NCBI GenBank assembly: GCA_963822965.1
Contig: CAWGJT010000010.1
Span: 384,001-448,000, forward strand
DNA: 64,000 nt
Source: an uncultured delta proteobacterium
Lineage (GTDB): Bacteria > Myxococcota_A > UBA9160 > UBA4427
Direction of reading: 5' to 3'
In this document: positions 19,586 to 31,785 of the stretch, piece after piece
Layout: the number at the start of each line of letters is the position of its first letter
How positions within the stretch are numbered: the stretch's first letter is position 1
The notes under the pieces: generated by a model
Told to the model about the DNA's origin: nothing
What the model saw: only the letters and a program-made list of their open reading frames with translations
The model's database searches: none
Translations under genes and position numbers: made by a program

Positions 19586-20174
19586 GTGCGCGTCGTCGGA
19601 GGTGAGCTTCGCAGTCGGCGTCTGCAGGGCCCGCCCGAGGGCGTGCGTCCGACGTCGGATCGCGTGCGAGAAGCGCTTTTCGCGCGCCTGGGAGATGTCG
19701 GTGGCGGTCGTGTGCTGGATCTCTTTGCCGGAACCGGCGCGCTGGCGATCGAAGCCCTTTCCCGGGGGGCCGCACACGCCGTCCTCGTCGATCGATCGAC
19801 TCGATCCCTGAACGTGATTCGTTCCAATCTCGATGCGCTCGCGTTGGGTGCCCGCGCCGAGGTCCTTCGGGGAGACGCCGTTCGGGTGGCACGACGCCTG
19901 GCCGGCTCCGAGCCCTTCGACTGGATCTTCCTCGATCCGCCCTACGACTCCGACCGGCTGGTGCCGTGCCTGGTGGCGGTCGTGGAGGCGGGGCTGCTCG
20001 CCGAGTGGGGCGTCGGTGGTCGTCGAGACCGCGAAGCGCCATTCTCTCGCTGCCGTGCCCGGGCTGGCCGTCGTGGACGACAGGACCTACGGCGACACCC
20101 GTCTCACCTGGCTCGGGCCGGAGACGCGATCCGCGCGCGATACGCGATACAGAGGACGGACAGATCCCGCATGA
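19586..20174 (+). CDS. rsmD: 16S rRNA m2G966 methyltransferase; frameshift near 20010
   Basis: VRVVGG...RPTSDRVREALF, LDLFAGTGAL..EALSRGA, IFLDPPY; C-terminus (VVVET...RTYGDTRL) is in another frame and ends at 20174. Confidence 0.9.
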
Positions 20175-20671
20175 CCCAGCCGACGACTCGCATCGCGCTG
20201 TTCCCCGCCAGCTTCGATCCCGTGACGAACGGGCATCTGGATCTCATTCACCGGACCTTGAAGACCTTCGACGAGGTCGTGGTGGCGGTCGCCGAGAACG
20301 TCGACAAGAAGGGCGGGTCGTTCACGCTGGAGGAGCGGCTGGACATCCTTCGGGAGGTGCTGGCGGACGAGCCGAGAATCCGCGTGGAGACCTTCTCCGG
20401 CCTGGTGGTGGACTTCGCGGAGCGGATCGGCGCGACGGCCATCATTCGCGGCCTGCGGGCGATGTCGGACTTCGAGTACGAGTTCGAGATGGCGCTGATG
20501 AACCGGCACCTGAAGCCCAACATCGAGATCCTCTTCATGATGACGAGCCTGGAGTGTCTGTACGTGAGCTCGTCGCGCCTCAAGGAGCTGGCGCACTTCG
20601 GTGCGGACATCGAGGAGTTCGTGCCCGCGGTCGTCGCCAAGCAGCTGCGCGAGAAGCTGGGGCGCCGCTGA
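20171..20671 (+). CDS. coaD: phosphopantetheine adenylyltransferase
   Basis: FPASFDPVTNGHLD, IIRGLRAMSDFEYE, SSSRLKE. Confidence 0.96.
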   Translation: MTQPTTRIALFPASFDPVTNGHLDLIHRTLKTFDEVVVAVAENVDKKGGSFTLEERLDILREVLADEPRIRVETFSGLVVDFAERIGATAIIRGLRAMSDFEYEFEMALMNRHLKPNIEILFMMTSLECLYVSSSRLKELAHFGADIEEFVPAVVAKQLREKLGRR

Positions 20672-20676
20672 GGGGC

Positions 20677-20712
20677 CGGCCCCGGGCGGCCTGCCCGGGC
20701 CGTTTGGATTTG
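20677..20712 (+). terminator. possible intrinsic terminator after coaD
   Basis: GC stem (CGGCCCCGGGC / GCCCGGGCCG, one bulge) followed by TTTGGATTT. Confidence 0.4.
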
Positions 20713-20900
20713 GACACCGTTTCGGTAACCTCGCATGCTGTCGAAGGAAATTCGTTCGGCGATCCACCGACGGGCGCCTCCGAACGGGCAAGCAGCGAGG
20801 GCGGGCGCGAGCGCGACCGGCGGGAGGAGCGCGAGCAGGTCGGCGAGGTGCCGACGGGGGTGAGGCCCGGCGACGCAGCCGGGCGAGCCACTGGAGGGGC

Positions 20901-22167
20901 ATGAGCCAGGACCGAACGAAGCCGGGTGGGCCCCGACGGATCCTCGTCGCGGTGAGCGCCGGCATCGCCGCCTACAAGGTCCCCGAGCTCGTCCGCGACC
21001 TGATCCGGTCCGGCCATACGGTCCGGTGCGTGCTGACGCCGAACGCCACGCGCTTCGTCTCTCCCCTGGTGCTGGAGACCCTCAGCGGCCATCCGGTCGG
21101 CTCCACCCTCTTCGGAGACGCCGGAGATCCGCCCCGCCGCGTGGGCGGGAGCGAACGCGCGAACCCGATCGATCACATCGCCCTGGCCGACTGGGCGGAG
21201 CTGGTGGTCGTGGCCCCGGCCACCGCGAACCTGCTGGCTCGAATGGCGGCGGGGATGGCCGACGATCTCGTCACCGCCATCCTGCTGGCGACCCGAGCGC
21301 CGGTGCTGGCCGCGCCGGCCATGAACGTGAACATGTGGCAGCACGCTGCCACACGGGCCAACCTCGACATCCTCCGACCACCGGGGCGTGCACACGGTGG
21401 GGCCCGAGGCCGGCGATCTCGCCTGTGGCTGGCAGGGGGAGGGGCGCATGTCCGAGCCCGCCGCCATCGCCGCCGCCGCGAGCCTGCTGCTCGGCTCGGA
21501 TTCGCTCCGCGGCGAGCGCGTGCTGGTGACCGCCGGCGGCACCAGCGAGGCGATCGACGCGGTCCGCACCATCACGAACCGATCTTCGGGTCGGATGGGA
21601 TTCGCGGTCGCCGCCGAGGCGGCGCGCCGCGGCGCCGAGGTCGTGCTGGTGGCCGGCTCCACCCCTCTGACGACTCCCCCCGGTGTGCGCCGGGTCGACG
21701 TCTCGAGTGCCCTGGACATGCGCGCCGCGGTGCTGGCCGAGCTGCCGGCGGCGACTGTCGTCGTGAAGGCGGCGGCCGTGGCCGACTTCCGACCCAAGAG
21801 CCCCCAGGCGCAGAAGATCAAGAAGGAGGACCTGGCCGAGGGCCAGGGCCTCACGCTGGAGCTGGTCCCGAACCCGGACATCCTCGCCGAGGTCTGCCGA
21901 CAGAAGGGCGAGCGCATCGTGGTGGGCTTCGCGGCCGAGAGCCACGACGTGATCGCCGGCGCCCGGAGGAAGATCGCCCGCAAGGGGTGCGACCTGCTGG
22001 TGGCGAACGACGTTTCGCGCAGCGACGCCGGCTTCGACGTCGACACGAACGCCGTCTACTTCGTGTCGCCGGACGGCGAGGTGGAGGAGCTGCCGCTGCT
22101 CTCCAAGGCCGAGGTCGCGGGCCATCTCCTCGATCGCGTGGTGAAGCTCCGGGACGGACGGCGATGA
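20901..22167 (+). CDS. coaBC: bifunctional PPC decarboxylase/synthetase; frameshift near 21380
   Basis: GIAAYK, HIALADW, APATAN, APAMNVNMW; then GEGRMSEP, VLVTAGGT.EAID.VR.ITNRSSGRMG, AAVADF, VGFAAE. Confidence 0.94.
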
Positions 22168-23610
22168 GCCGCGGCCGTCGCGCGGGGCGCAGGTCGTCCT
22201 CTCCGCGTCCGGGTCGTGCTCGCGGGGCTCGTGGCGCTGGCGGGTGCGTGGGCGCTGGCTGCCGGAGCGGCAGGACGCCCCCGTGGCGCGGGTCAATCTC
22301 GCGACCATCGCCGGCACGATCAACCCGGCGTCCGCGGACTACCTCGTGCACGCCATCTCGCGCAGCGAGAGCGAAGGCGCCGACGCGCTGCTGATCGAGC
22401 TCGACACCGAGGGCGGGCTCGTGAGCGCGACCAAGGAGATCATCCAGGCGATCCTCAACGCGAAGGTGCCGGTGATCGTCTACGTGGCCCCGCGCGGCGC
22501 CTGGGCGGCCTCCGCGGGCACCTACATCACCGTTTCGGGGCACGTGGCCGCCATGGCGCCCAGCACCAGCATCGGTGCCGCGCATCCGGTCGGCGTCTCG
22601 GGGGGCGACGAGGCGCCCGCCAGCGTCCCCGCCGTCCCCCGGCGACTCCGAGGAGACGCCCGAGGGCGAGTCGTCTCGCCCCCAATCGGCTCCGGGCCCC
22701 CGCAACCTCTCCATGGAGAAGGCGGAGAACATGCTGGCCGCCTACGCGGAGACGATCGCCAAGGAGCGCCACCGCAACGTCGCCTGGGTGGTGAAGGCCG
22801 TGCGGGAATCCGTGGCCATCGGCGAGGACGAGGCCCTCGAGCTCGGCGTGATCGACCTCGTGGCAGGCAGCCGCGACGAGCTCTTCGAGAAGCTCGAGGG
22901 TCGCGAGGTCGAGGTCGACGGGCGAGCCGGTGGTGCTCCATCTGACGGGCGCCCGCGTGACCCCGATCGAGATGACCCTGGTCCAGCGCATCTTCGACTT
23001 CGTCGCCCACCCGAACATCGCCCTCGTGCTCCTGCTGCTGGGGGGCCTCGGGCTCTACGTGGAAGCCAACAATCCGGGCCTGCTCTTCCCGGGGCTCTCG
23101 GGCCTCGTGTGCCTGCTGCTGGCCGGGATCGGCTTCAACCTGATGCCGTTCTCGTGGGTGGGCCTGATGTTGATCCTGCTGGGCCTCGCGCTCTTCGTGG
23201 CGGAGATCTTCTTCACGTCGTTCGGCGCGTTGTTCGCGGCCGGCGCGCTGTGCATCCTGCTGGGCGGCAGCATGGTCTTCGACCGGCCGGAGCAGAGCGA
23301 CCTCACCATCTCGTTCTGGTCGGTGCTGGTGCCCACCGTCCTCGGCATGTGTATCTTCGCCGGGCTCGTGGTCTTCTCCGTCGGAAGGAGCCTGCTCCTG
23401 AAGCCGACCTCCGGCGTCGACGAGCTCGTCGGTCTCGTCGGGCGCGCGGCTTCCGAGATCGGGCCGACGGGCAAGGTCTTCGTGCGGGGGGAATACTGGA
23501 ACGTCGAGCCCGAGGACCCCGCCGCCCAGCCGATCCCGGAAGGGGAGGCCGTGGAGGTGGTCGCCGTCGAAGGCATGAAGCTCCGCGTCCGGCCCGCCGC
23601 GCCCCGGTAG
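22164..23610 (+). CDS. nfeD: NfeD-family membrane-bound serine protease (long form); several frameshifts
   Basis: [41 protein letters not shown], multi-TM region, C-terminal OB-fold ([10 protein letters not shown]); pieces lie in different frames. Confidence 0.87.
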
Positions 23611-23728
23611 CACGGCCGCCGAGCAGAGAACGAAGCGACGAGGCGAAGAGAGCCGAGGAAGAGAGCCAAGAGAGCAAGACGAACAGAGCGAAACGAAGAG
23701 AGCCCAAGAGAGACCAAGAGAGGGGAAC
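23611..23728 (+). repeat. T-free purine-rich intergenic tract with six AAGAGAG units
   Basis: No T between the nfeD stop and 23729; AAGAGAG at about 23646, 23659, 23668, 23696, 23706, 23716. Confidence 0.85.
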
Positions 23729-23734
23729 TCGTTC

Positions 23735-24613
23735 ATGATCACCTTTCCGATCATCGTGCTCGGCGCCTTCCTGGCGCTCGCCCTGCTCGGCTTCCGCATC
23801 CTGCCGGAGTACGAGCGGGGCGTCGTGTTCCGGCTGGGACGCTTCACCACCGTGAAGGGCGCGGGCCTGAAGTGGATCATCCCCTTCGTGGATCGCATGG
23901 TGCGCATCGGGCTGCGCGAGATCGTGATGGACGTCCCGGCCCAGGAGGTGATCACCCGGGACAACGTCTCGGTCAAGGTGAACGCCGTCCTCTACTTCCG
24001 CGTGCTGCATCCGGAGATGGCCGTCATCCAGGTGGAGAACTACCTCTACGGCACCTCGCAGCTCGCGCAGACGACGCTGCGATCCGTGTGCGGCCAGGCC
24101 GAGCTCGACGAGCTGCTCTCCGAGCGCGACCGCATCAACCAGCGCCTGCAGGAGATCATCGATCTGCAGACGGAGCCGTGGGGCGTGAAGGTGCGCGCCG
24201 TGGAGGTCAAGCAGATCGACCTTCCCCAGGAGATGCAGCGCGTGATGGCCAAGCAGGCCGAGGCCGAGCGCGAGAAGCGCGCCAAGGTCGTGCTCGCGGA
24301 GGGCGAGTTCCAGGCCGCCCAGCGGCTGGCGGACGCGTCCGCGGTGCTCGCCAGCCAGCCCATGGGTCTGCAGCTCCGCTACCTGCAGACGCTCGCCGAG
24401 ATCGCCGGGGATCGGAACTCGACGACGATCTTCCCGCTGCCGATCGACCTGCTGCAGCCCTTCTTCGATGCCCACCGTGCGGGCGCGCGACGCCGCACCG
24501 CCGCCGGCCTCGCCTTCGGGCAGCGGAGGGAGCTGAAGGATTGGCGTCTCGCGACGACGAAGAGCTGGGCGGCGAGGAGTCGATCCGTCGCTCGGTGGCG
24601 CGCACCCTCGTGA
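23735..24613 (+). CDS. SPFH/stomatin-like (slipin) protein; true stop may be 24536 if there is a 3' frameshift
   Basis: [60 protein letters not shown]. Confidence 0.92.
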   Translation: MITFPIIVLGAFLALALLGFRILPEYERGVVFRLGRFTTVKGAGLKWIIPFVDRMVRIGLREIVMDVPAQEVITRDNVSVKVNAVLYFRVLHPEMAVIQVENYLYGTSQLAQTTLRSVCGQAELDELLSERDRINQRLQEIIDLQTEPWGVKVRAVEVKQIDLPQEMQRVMAKQAEAEREKRAKVVLAEGEFQAAQRLADASAVLASQPMGLQLRYLQTLAEIAGDRNSTTIFPLPIDLLQPFFDAHRAGARRRTAAGLAFGQRRELKDWRLATTKSWAARSRSVARWRAPS

Positions 24614-25716
24614 ACTGGCTCGTCGGGCTGGCCTCGCTCGCCGTGATCGTGGGCTGGGCGTCGACCGGCGTCTACCAGCTCGATCCCGGCGAGTCGGCCG
24701 TCGTGCTGCGCCTCGGGGCGCGCGATCGAACGGTCGTCGACGAAGGTCTCAAGCTGGCACCTGCCGGCGCCCATCGAGACCATCGAGAAGGTGAACGTCT
24801 CCGAGGTGCGCCAGCAGAGCTTCGGCCTGCGCGAGCGCGCGCCGTCGCCTCCCCAGGACAACGCAGCCCGGGGACGAGGAGACGCCCGACCCACGGCGAG
24901 GCCACCCCCACCTTCGAGAACGCCATGCAGACGGCGGACAACAACATCGTGAACATCGGCTACGTGCTGAAGTACGAGATCGAGGATGCGTTCACGTACC
25001 TGTACGGAATGGCCGAGCCCGAGAAGACCCTCTTCGACGCGACCCGATCGGCGGTGCGCGAGGTGGTCGGGCAGATGAGCGTGGACGACGTGCTCTACGA
25101 CCGACGCAGCGACATCGAGACGCGCTCGCGCGAGCTGCTCCAGGAGCGGATGGGGAAGTACTTCGCGACGGTCGGGGGCGGCCCGGCCTTCGGCATCCGG
25201 GCCATCGAGCTGCAGGTCGTCCAGCCGCCGGCCCAGGTGCAGGAAGCCTTCGACGAGATGATCGCGGCGGGGCAGGACGAGGAGCGCGCCATCTCCCAGG
25301 CCCGCGGCGACGCGCGGGAGCGGCTCGAGCGGGCCACGGGCACGTCGATCGAGCTCGAGCAGAGCTCCGAGGCCTACAAGCAGTCGAAGGTGCTCGAGGC
25401 CCGGGGACGCGCCTCGCGCTTCGAAGCCCTGCTCGCCGAGTATCGACGGGCGCCGGAAGTCACCGGCCAGCGCCTCTACCTCGAGACCATGGAGGACATC
25501 CTGCCCGAGATCGACAAGATGGTGATCGAGCCGGGCGCGGCCAGCGTGGTGCCGATCATCCCGTTCGGCACGGCGGCGCGGGAGGCCCTGGCACCGGCGC
25601 CGCTTCCGGCGGTCTCGAGTGGAGCCGCTTCTCCCCCGGCCGCGCCTCCGGACGCCGCTTCCTCCTCGGGAGCGGTCGCGTCGGGCAGCGCCGCCAAGCG
25701 GGAGGATGCGCGATGA
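24541..25716 (+). CDS. hflK: FtsH modulator HflK; compensating frameshifts near 24760-24880
   Basis: TM then [52 protein letters not shown] start after GAAGGA. Confidence 0.85.
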   Translation: MASRDDEELGGEESIRRSVARTLVNWLVGLASLAVIVGWASTGVYQLDPGESAVVLRLGARDRTVVDEGLKLAPAGAHRDHREGERLRGAPAELRPARARAVASPGQRSPGTRRRPTHGEATPTFENAMQTADNNIVNIGYVLKYEIEDAFTYLYGMAEPEKTLFDATRSAVREVVGQMSVDDVLYDRRSDIETRSRELLQERMGKYFATVGGGPAFGIRAIELQVVQPPAQVQEAFDEMIAAGQDEERAISQARGDARERLERATGTSIELEQSSEAYKQSKVLEARGRASRFEALLAEYRRAPEVTGQRLYLETMEDILPEIDKMVIEPGAASVVPIIPFGTAAREALAPAPLPAVSSGAASPPAAPPDAASSSGAVASGSAAKREDAR

Positions 25717-26603
25717 GGCGCCTCGTCCTGCCGCTGCTGGTGCTCGCGGGCCTGGCCGGCGGGCTCCTGTGGGCGGGCAACTACGGCTACGGCCCGTTCG
25801 TGATCGTCCGCGAGGACCAGGTCAAGATGCTCCTGCGCTTCGGCGAGGTGGTGCAGACCCTCGAGAAACCCGGGCTCGCCTTCCGCATTCCGGGGGTGGA
25901 CGACGTGCTCACCTACGACGCCCGCCTCCAGTACCTCAACGCCGCGCCGGTGGAGAAGCTCGCGCGCGGGGGCGAGAAGCTGATCATCGACTTCTACGCG
26001 GTCTGGCGCATCGCCGACGCGCATGCCTTCCGCCGCAGCTATCCGCGAGGTCCGGTACAGGCCGAGCAACGCATCCAGGAGACCGTCAACTCCCTGGTGG
26101 GCGCCAAGATCGGAAGTCTCACCCGGGCGCAGCTGCTCGCGCGGTCCGAGGTGATCTCGACGCTCGACGAGGAGAGCGACGCGGAGCTCGCGTCCACGGG
26201 TGTCGACGTGGTCGACGTGCGGCTGAACCGCATCGAGCTTCCCCGGGCGGCAGAGCCCGCGGCCTACAAGCAGATGCGCGAGCAGCGTCGGGCCGTCTCC
26301 CGCGAACGACGCGCCGCCGGCGAGCGGCGCGCGCGGGAGATCCGCGCCAAGGCCGACCGCGAGGCCGAGCTCACCGTGGCGGAGGCGCGCTCCCAGTCGG
26401 AGATCACGCGCGGGGAGGGCGACGCGGAAGCGGCCCGCATCTACGGCGAGGCCTACGGCAAGGACGCCGACTTCTACGCCTTCGTGCGAAGCCTCGAGGC
26501 CTACCGGGCGAGCCTGAAGGGCCGCACGACCCTGGTGCTGCCGCCCGAGCACGAGTTCTTCCGCTTCCTCGACCCCCAGGCCCAGCTCCGGTCGGGTCGC
26601 TGA
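25713..26603 (+). CDS. hflC: FtsH modulator HflC
   Basis: LRFGE, PGLAFRIP, VDVRLNRIELP, GEGDAEAARIY..AYGKDADFYAFVRSLEAY. Confidence 0.92.
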   Translation: MRRLVLPLLVLAGLAGGLLWAGNYGYGPFVIVREDQVKMLLRFGEVVQTLEKPGLAFRIPGVDDVLTYDARLQYLNAAPVEKLARGGEKLIIDFYAVWRIADAHAFRRSYPRGPVQAEQRIQETVNSLVGAKIGSLTRAQLLARSEVISTLDEESDAELASTGVDVVDVRLNRIELPRAAEPAAYKQMREQRRAVSRERRAAGERRAREIRAKADREAELTVAEARSQSEITRGEGDAEAARIYGEAYGKDADFYAFVRSLEAYRASLKGRTTLVLPPEHEFFRFLDPQAQLRSGR

Positions 26604-26625
26604 CGCGCGACGCCGTCGAGCCCGT

Positions 26626-27708
26626 TCAGCTCGGCATGTCGGCGTAGCGCCATCCGGCCCACCCGGTGAACCCGGCCAGCAGCAGCCAGGGCGCCGGCGC
26701 CGGGGGGATCAGGCCGTTGGTGGCCAGGGAATCGACGAGGCTTCGCAGCGCGAAGAAGACCGCAGCGACGCCCACGCCGTACAGGGCGGGCAGGGTGAAG
26801 CCCTGAGCGCCCGTGCGCTCGACGCGCGCGCCCAGCGGGATGGCGGTGAGCACGAAGAGCGCGACCGTCAACGGCTCGGCCAGGCGGGCGTGAAGCAGCG
26901 CGCGGGGCCGGGCCGGCGCGGGACCGTCGCGCTCGGCCCGCTCGATCAGCTGCTGCAGCTCCAGGACCGACAGGGTCGCCACGTCGGCGCTCATCAGCTC
27001 GAGGCCCGTCGGATCCTCGAGGGCGAGGGCCACGTCGCCTTCGTGGCGGACGATGGTCGGCGGGTCGTCGACGTCCGTCCCGAAGCGACGGACGAGCGGC
27101 GTCTCGAAGCGCCACCGCTCCGGGCTCTCGATGACGGCGCGGGCGGCCTCGATGCTGCGGATCAGGTGTCCGTGGTCGTCCACCTCGTAGATCCGGATTC
27201 CCCGCAGGGTGTTCGTGGTTCGATCGGCGTCGTCGATGTTGTATATCGTGCGTCCGCGGTGGTACCAGAAGGATCCCTGGCGGAACGTGACGGGGCGGGT
27301 CTCCGAATCGCGTTGGTTCCAACGGCGGGTGGCGTCGAGAACGATCGTCTCGTGGATCACGAAGGTCGCCGCGCTCAGCAGGAGTCCGACCCCGAGGAGC
27401 GGTGCCGAGACGCGCCGGATCGAGAGCCCTCCCGTCTTCATGCCCGTCAGCTCGAGCCAGCGAGCGGCCGTGGCCAGGGTGAAGAAGGCGGCCGCGAAGG
27501 CGGTGACGGGCAGCAGGTCGCGCAGGTAGTACGAGGGAACGCGGAGCAGGAGATAGCTGGCGATTCCAGGCAGGCCCCGGTCTCCCTGCAGCATGTCTCC
27601 GAGGTTGAGCATCATCTCGACGATCACGATCGTCAGGATCGAGATGGTCAGGAACACAGCGAAGTAGCCGAGGAAGCGTGCGACCAAGTAGCGCGTGAGG
27701 ATGCGCAC
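26626..27708 (-). CDS. LptF/LptG family LPS export permease
   Basis: RILTRYL start, 3 TM - periplasmic beta-jellyroll-like region - 3 TM, ELTGMKTGGLS. Confidence 0.85.
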   Translation of the reverse strand: MRILTRYLVARFLGYFAVFLTISILTIVIVEMMLNLGDMLQGDRGLPGIASYLLLRVPSYYLRDLLPVTAFAAAFFTLATAARWLELTGMKTGGLSIRRVSAPLLGVGLLLSAATFVIHETIVLDATRRWNQRDSETRPVTFRQGSFWYHRGRTIYNIDDADRTTNTLRGIRIYEVDDHGHLIRSIEAARAVIESPERWRFETPLVRRFGTDVDDPPTIVRHEGDVALALEDPTGLELMSADVATLSVLELQQLIERAERDGPAPARPRALLHARLAEPLTVALFVLTAIPLGARVERTGAQGFTLPALYGVGVAAVFFALRSLVDSLATNGLIPPAPAPWLLLAGFTGWAGWRYADMPS

Positions 27709-27715
27709 GCGACGG

Positions 27716-27724
27716 ATCTTAGCA
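27716..27724 (-). promoter_or_regulatory. extended -10 (TGcTAAGAT) 7 nt before the GTG; candidate leaderless promoter
   Basis: TGn-TAAGAT-CCGTCGC-GTG; no SD; divergent gap to ribF is only 33 bp. Confidence 0.45.
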
Positions 27725-27741
27725 CGCGGGGAGTCCAGCTC

Positions 27742-28692
27742 TTGGAATCGGTTCGCGGTACGGCTGCGCTGGAACGCTCGCTGCGGCGGCCCGTTCTCAC
27801 CATCGGCAACTTCGACGGCCTGCACGTCGGACATCGCGCCATCATGAAGACGGTTCTGGCACGGGCCCGGGACCTGGGGGGCGAGGCGGTCGTCTACACC
27901 TTCGATCCGCACCCGCGCAAGGTGCTGCACCCCGAGCGCGCACCGCGCCTCCTCACCACCCTCGACCAGAAGCTCGAGCTGCTCGAGGAGATGGGAATCG
28001 ACGTCGTGATCGTCGAGCCCTTCGACCGCGCGTTCGCGGAGATCGAGCCCGGGACCTTCGTGCGGGAGTACATCCACCGGCGGGTTCGGCCGATGGAGGT
28101 CTACGTGGGGTACGACTTCCACTTCGGGCGCGATCGGGAGGGCTCCATGCGGCTGCTGACCGAGACCGGACCGCGCCTGGGCTTCTCCGTGACGATCATT
28201 CCCGAGGTCACCATCGACGGCCGCGACGTCAACTCGACGCGCATTCGCGAGCTCCTCGCCGAGGGCGACGTGCAGGAGGCCCAGCGCCTGCTGGGCCGTC
28301 CGTTCCGGGCCCGGGGGATCGTGGTCGAGGGCGTTCACCGGGGCCGCACCCTGGGGTTCCCGACCGCGAACCTCGCGCCCCAGAACGAGGTGCTGCCCCA
28401 GGCGGGCGTCTATGCCGGCTGGACCCGCTTCGTGGACGACGGCGACCCGGCGCGCGGTACGGAGGTGCCGACGGTGACGAACGTCGGGCTGCGTCCGACC
28501 TTCGACGACAGCGAAGGCTTCGTCGCCGAGGCCCACCTGATCGACTTCGAGGGCGAGCTCTACGGGCGCCGCATCGACCTGTCCTTCGAGCGCCGCCTTC
28601 GCGGCGAGCAGAAGTTCTCGGGGCCCGACGCGCTGCGGGAGCAGATCGGGCGGGACGTGGCCGAGGCCCGCCGATGGCTGGGGGCTCGGTGA
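27742..28692 (+). CDS. ribF: bifunctional riboflavin kinase / FAD synthetase
   Basis: TIGNFDGLHVGH, TFDPHP, VGYDFHFG, NSTRIR, GRTLGFPTAN, NVGLRPTF, EAHL. Confidence 0.95.
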   Translation: MESVRGTAALERSLRRPVLTIGNFDGLHVGHRAIMKTVLARARDLGGEAVVYTFDPHPRKVLHPERAPRLLTTLDQKLELLEEMGIDVVIVEPFDRAFAEIEPGTFVREYIHRRVRPMEVYVGYDFHFGRDREGSMRLLTETGPRLGFSVTIIPEVTIDGRDVNSTRIRELLAEGDVQEAQRLLGRPFRARGIVVEGVHRGRTLGFPTANLAPQNEVLPQAGVYAGWTRFVDDGDPARGTEVPTVTNVGLRPTFDDSEGFVAEAHLIDFEGELYGRRIDLSFERRLRGEQKFSGPDALREQIGRDVAEARRWLGAR

Positions 28693-29840
28693 ACGCCGCC
28701 ATGGGCTCCGGAGTCGGCTCGGGCACGCACGAGGGGGACCGTCCCGACACCCTCGAGGAGATCGCGCTCGGCGCGGCGCCGGGCGCCACGGACCCGACGC
28801 GGCGCGGCATCCCCGGCTGGCGCGACTGGCGCGTGCTCCTCGGGGTGGCGATCACGATCGTGGCCTTCGGCTTCGCGGTCCACGGCATTCCCCTGGCCGA
28901 CGTGGTCGATTCCATGCGGCACGCTCACCTGCTCGTGCTGCTCGGGCTCTCCGTCCCCGCCTACCTGGGGGCCGTGTACTTCCGCGCCCTGCGTTGGCGC
29001 CACCTCACCAACCCCATCGCGCCCATCCCGCGCGGGCTCCTGACCCGGGGCGTCACCGTGGGCTTCATGGTGAACAATCTCGTGCCGTTGCGGATCGGCG
29101 AGGTGGTGCGGGCGTGGTACGTCTCGCGGGAGAGCGGCGTGAACGCGTCCGCGCTCTTCGGCACGGTGGTCCTCGAGCGCGTGATCGACGTGGTGGCCGT
29201 CGTGCTCCTCGCCTTGGGCGCGCTCTCCTTCGCGGGGGCCGGCTCCGCCCAGCACAGCCTGCTCTCGCGTGGGGCCATCCTGCTGCTGCCGGCCGGGCTG
29301 GTCCCGTTGCTGGGGCTGATGCTGCTGCGGCTGGCGCCCGGGCCGGTGATGCGGATCACCAGATTCTGCGTGCGGCCCCTGCCGGACCGGGTCGCCGCCA
29401 TGGTCGAGCGCCTGCTGGGCAACTTCACCGAAGGGCTGGGGGCGCTCTCCGGGGGGCGACACCTGTTCTGGATCGCCTTCCACTCCGCCATGATCTGGAT
29501 CGTCTTCTCCATGGTGCCGATCCTGGCCGGCCTGCTGGCCTTCGGCATCGACCTCGGCTCCGAGCTGCGGCTCGTGATGGTCTCCTACGTCGCCCTCGGC
29601 GCGGTGGGGGTGGCGGTGGCGATCCCGTCGGCGCCCGGCTTCTTCGGGACGTACCAGCTCGCCTTCAAGGCGGTGCTGGAGCAGTTCGGGGTCTCGTCGG
29701 CCACCGCCCTGGCCCTGGGCCTGGTGGTCTGGTTCGTCTTCTGGGTGACCCTGACCCTGGCGGGCGGGCTGGTGTTGCGAACCGGCGGCACCCGCCTGTC
29801 GGATCTGACCCGGGGCGCACCGCCGCCCGGAGCGCTCTGA
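28689..29840 (+). CDS. lysylphosphatidylglycerol synthase TM-domain / flippase-like protein (UPF0104)
   Basis: RALRW, GFMVNNLVPLRIGEVVR, VVLERVID, IPSAPGFFGTY; multiple TM. Confidence 0.85.
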   Translation: MNAAMGSGVGSGTHEGDRPDTLEEIALGAAPGATDPTRRGIPGWRDWRVLLGVAITIVAFGFAVHGIPLADVVDSMRHAHLLVLLGLSVPAYLGAVYFRALRWRHLTNPIAPIPRGLLTRGVTVGFMVNNLVPLRIGEVVRAWYVSRESGVNASALFGTVVLERVIDVVAVVLLALGALSFAGAGSAQHSLLSRGAILLLPAGLVPLLGLMLLRLAPGPVMRITRFCVRPLPDRVAAMVERLLGNFTEGLGALSGGRHLFWIAFHSAMIWIVFSMVPILAGLLAFGIDLGSELRLVMVSYVALGAVGVAVAIPSAPGFFGTYQLAFKAVLEQFGVSSATALALGLVVWFVFWVTLTLAGGLVLRTGGTRLSDLTRGAPPPGAL

Positions 29841-29938
29841 GCGTCCCCGCCCGAGCCCGGTACTTCCCCCTGCGATCCGGGGGCTTGCACCCTCCGCCTG
29901 CCGGTCGCCCCGGGGCCGCGCCGGCTCCCAGAGGCGGG

Positions 29939-29966
29939 TAAAGATCCCCCACCGGCACGCCGATAA
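29939..29966 (+). promoter_or_regulatory. sigma28/FliA-like promoter TAAAG-N15-GCCGATAA upstream of pilB
   Basis: Both FliA consensus boxes (TAAA, GCCGATAA) are perfect; about 90 nt upstream of pilB. Confidence 0.7.
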
Positions 29967-30058
29967 TCCGGCGAGATTGCGAAGCTTTTCTGTCCTCGGG
30001 CGAGGCGGGAGGCGTGCCGTGCGCGCGTCCCCAGGGCCCAGGGTGCGGGGGGTGTTCT

Positions 30059-31762
<1,704 letters not shown>

Positions 31763-31785
31763 GGCCACGGGAGAAAGATTCGAAA

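Noticed and set aside
19358..20671. Apparent RsmD-CoaD fusion
   Set aside because: The RsmD C-terminus lies in another frame and ends at 20174, overlapping the coaD ATG; the fusion results from one indel near 20010.
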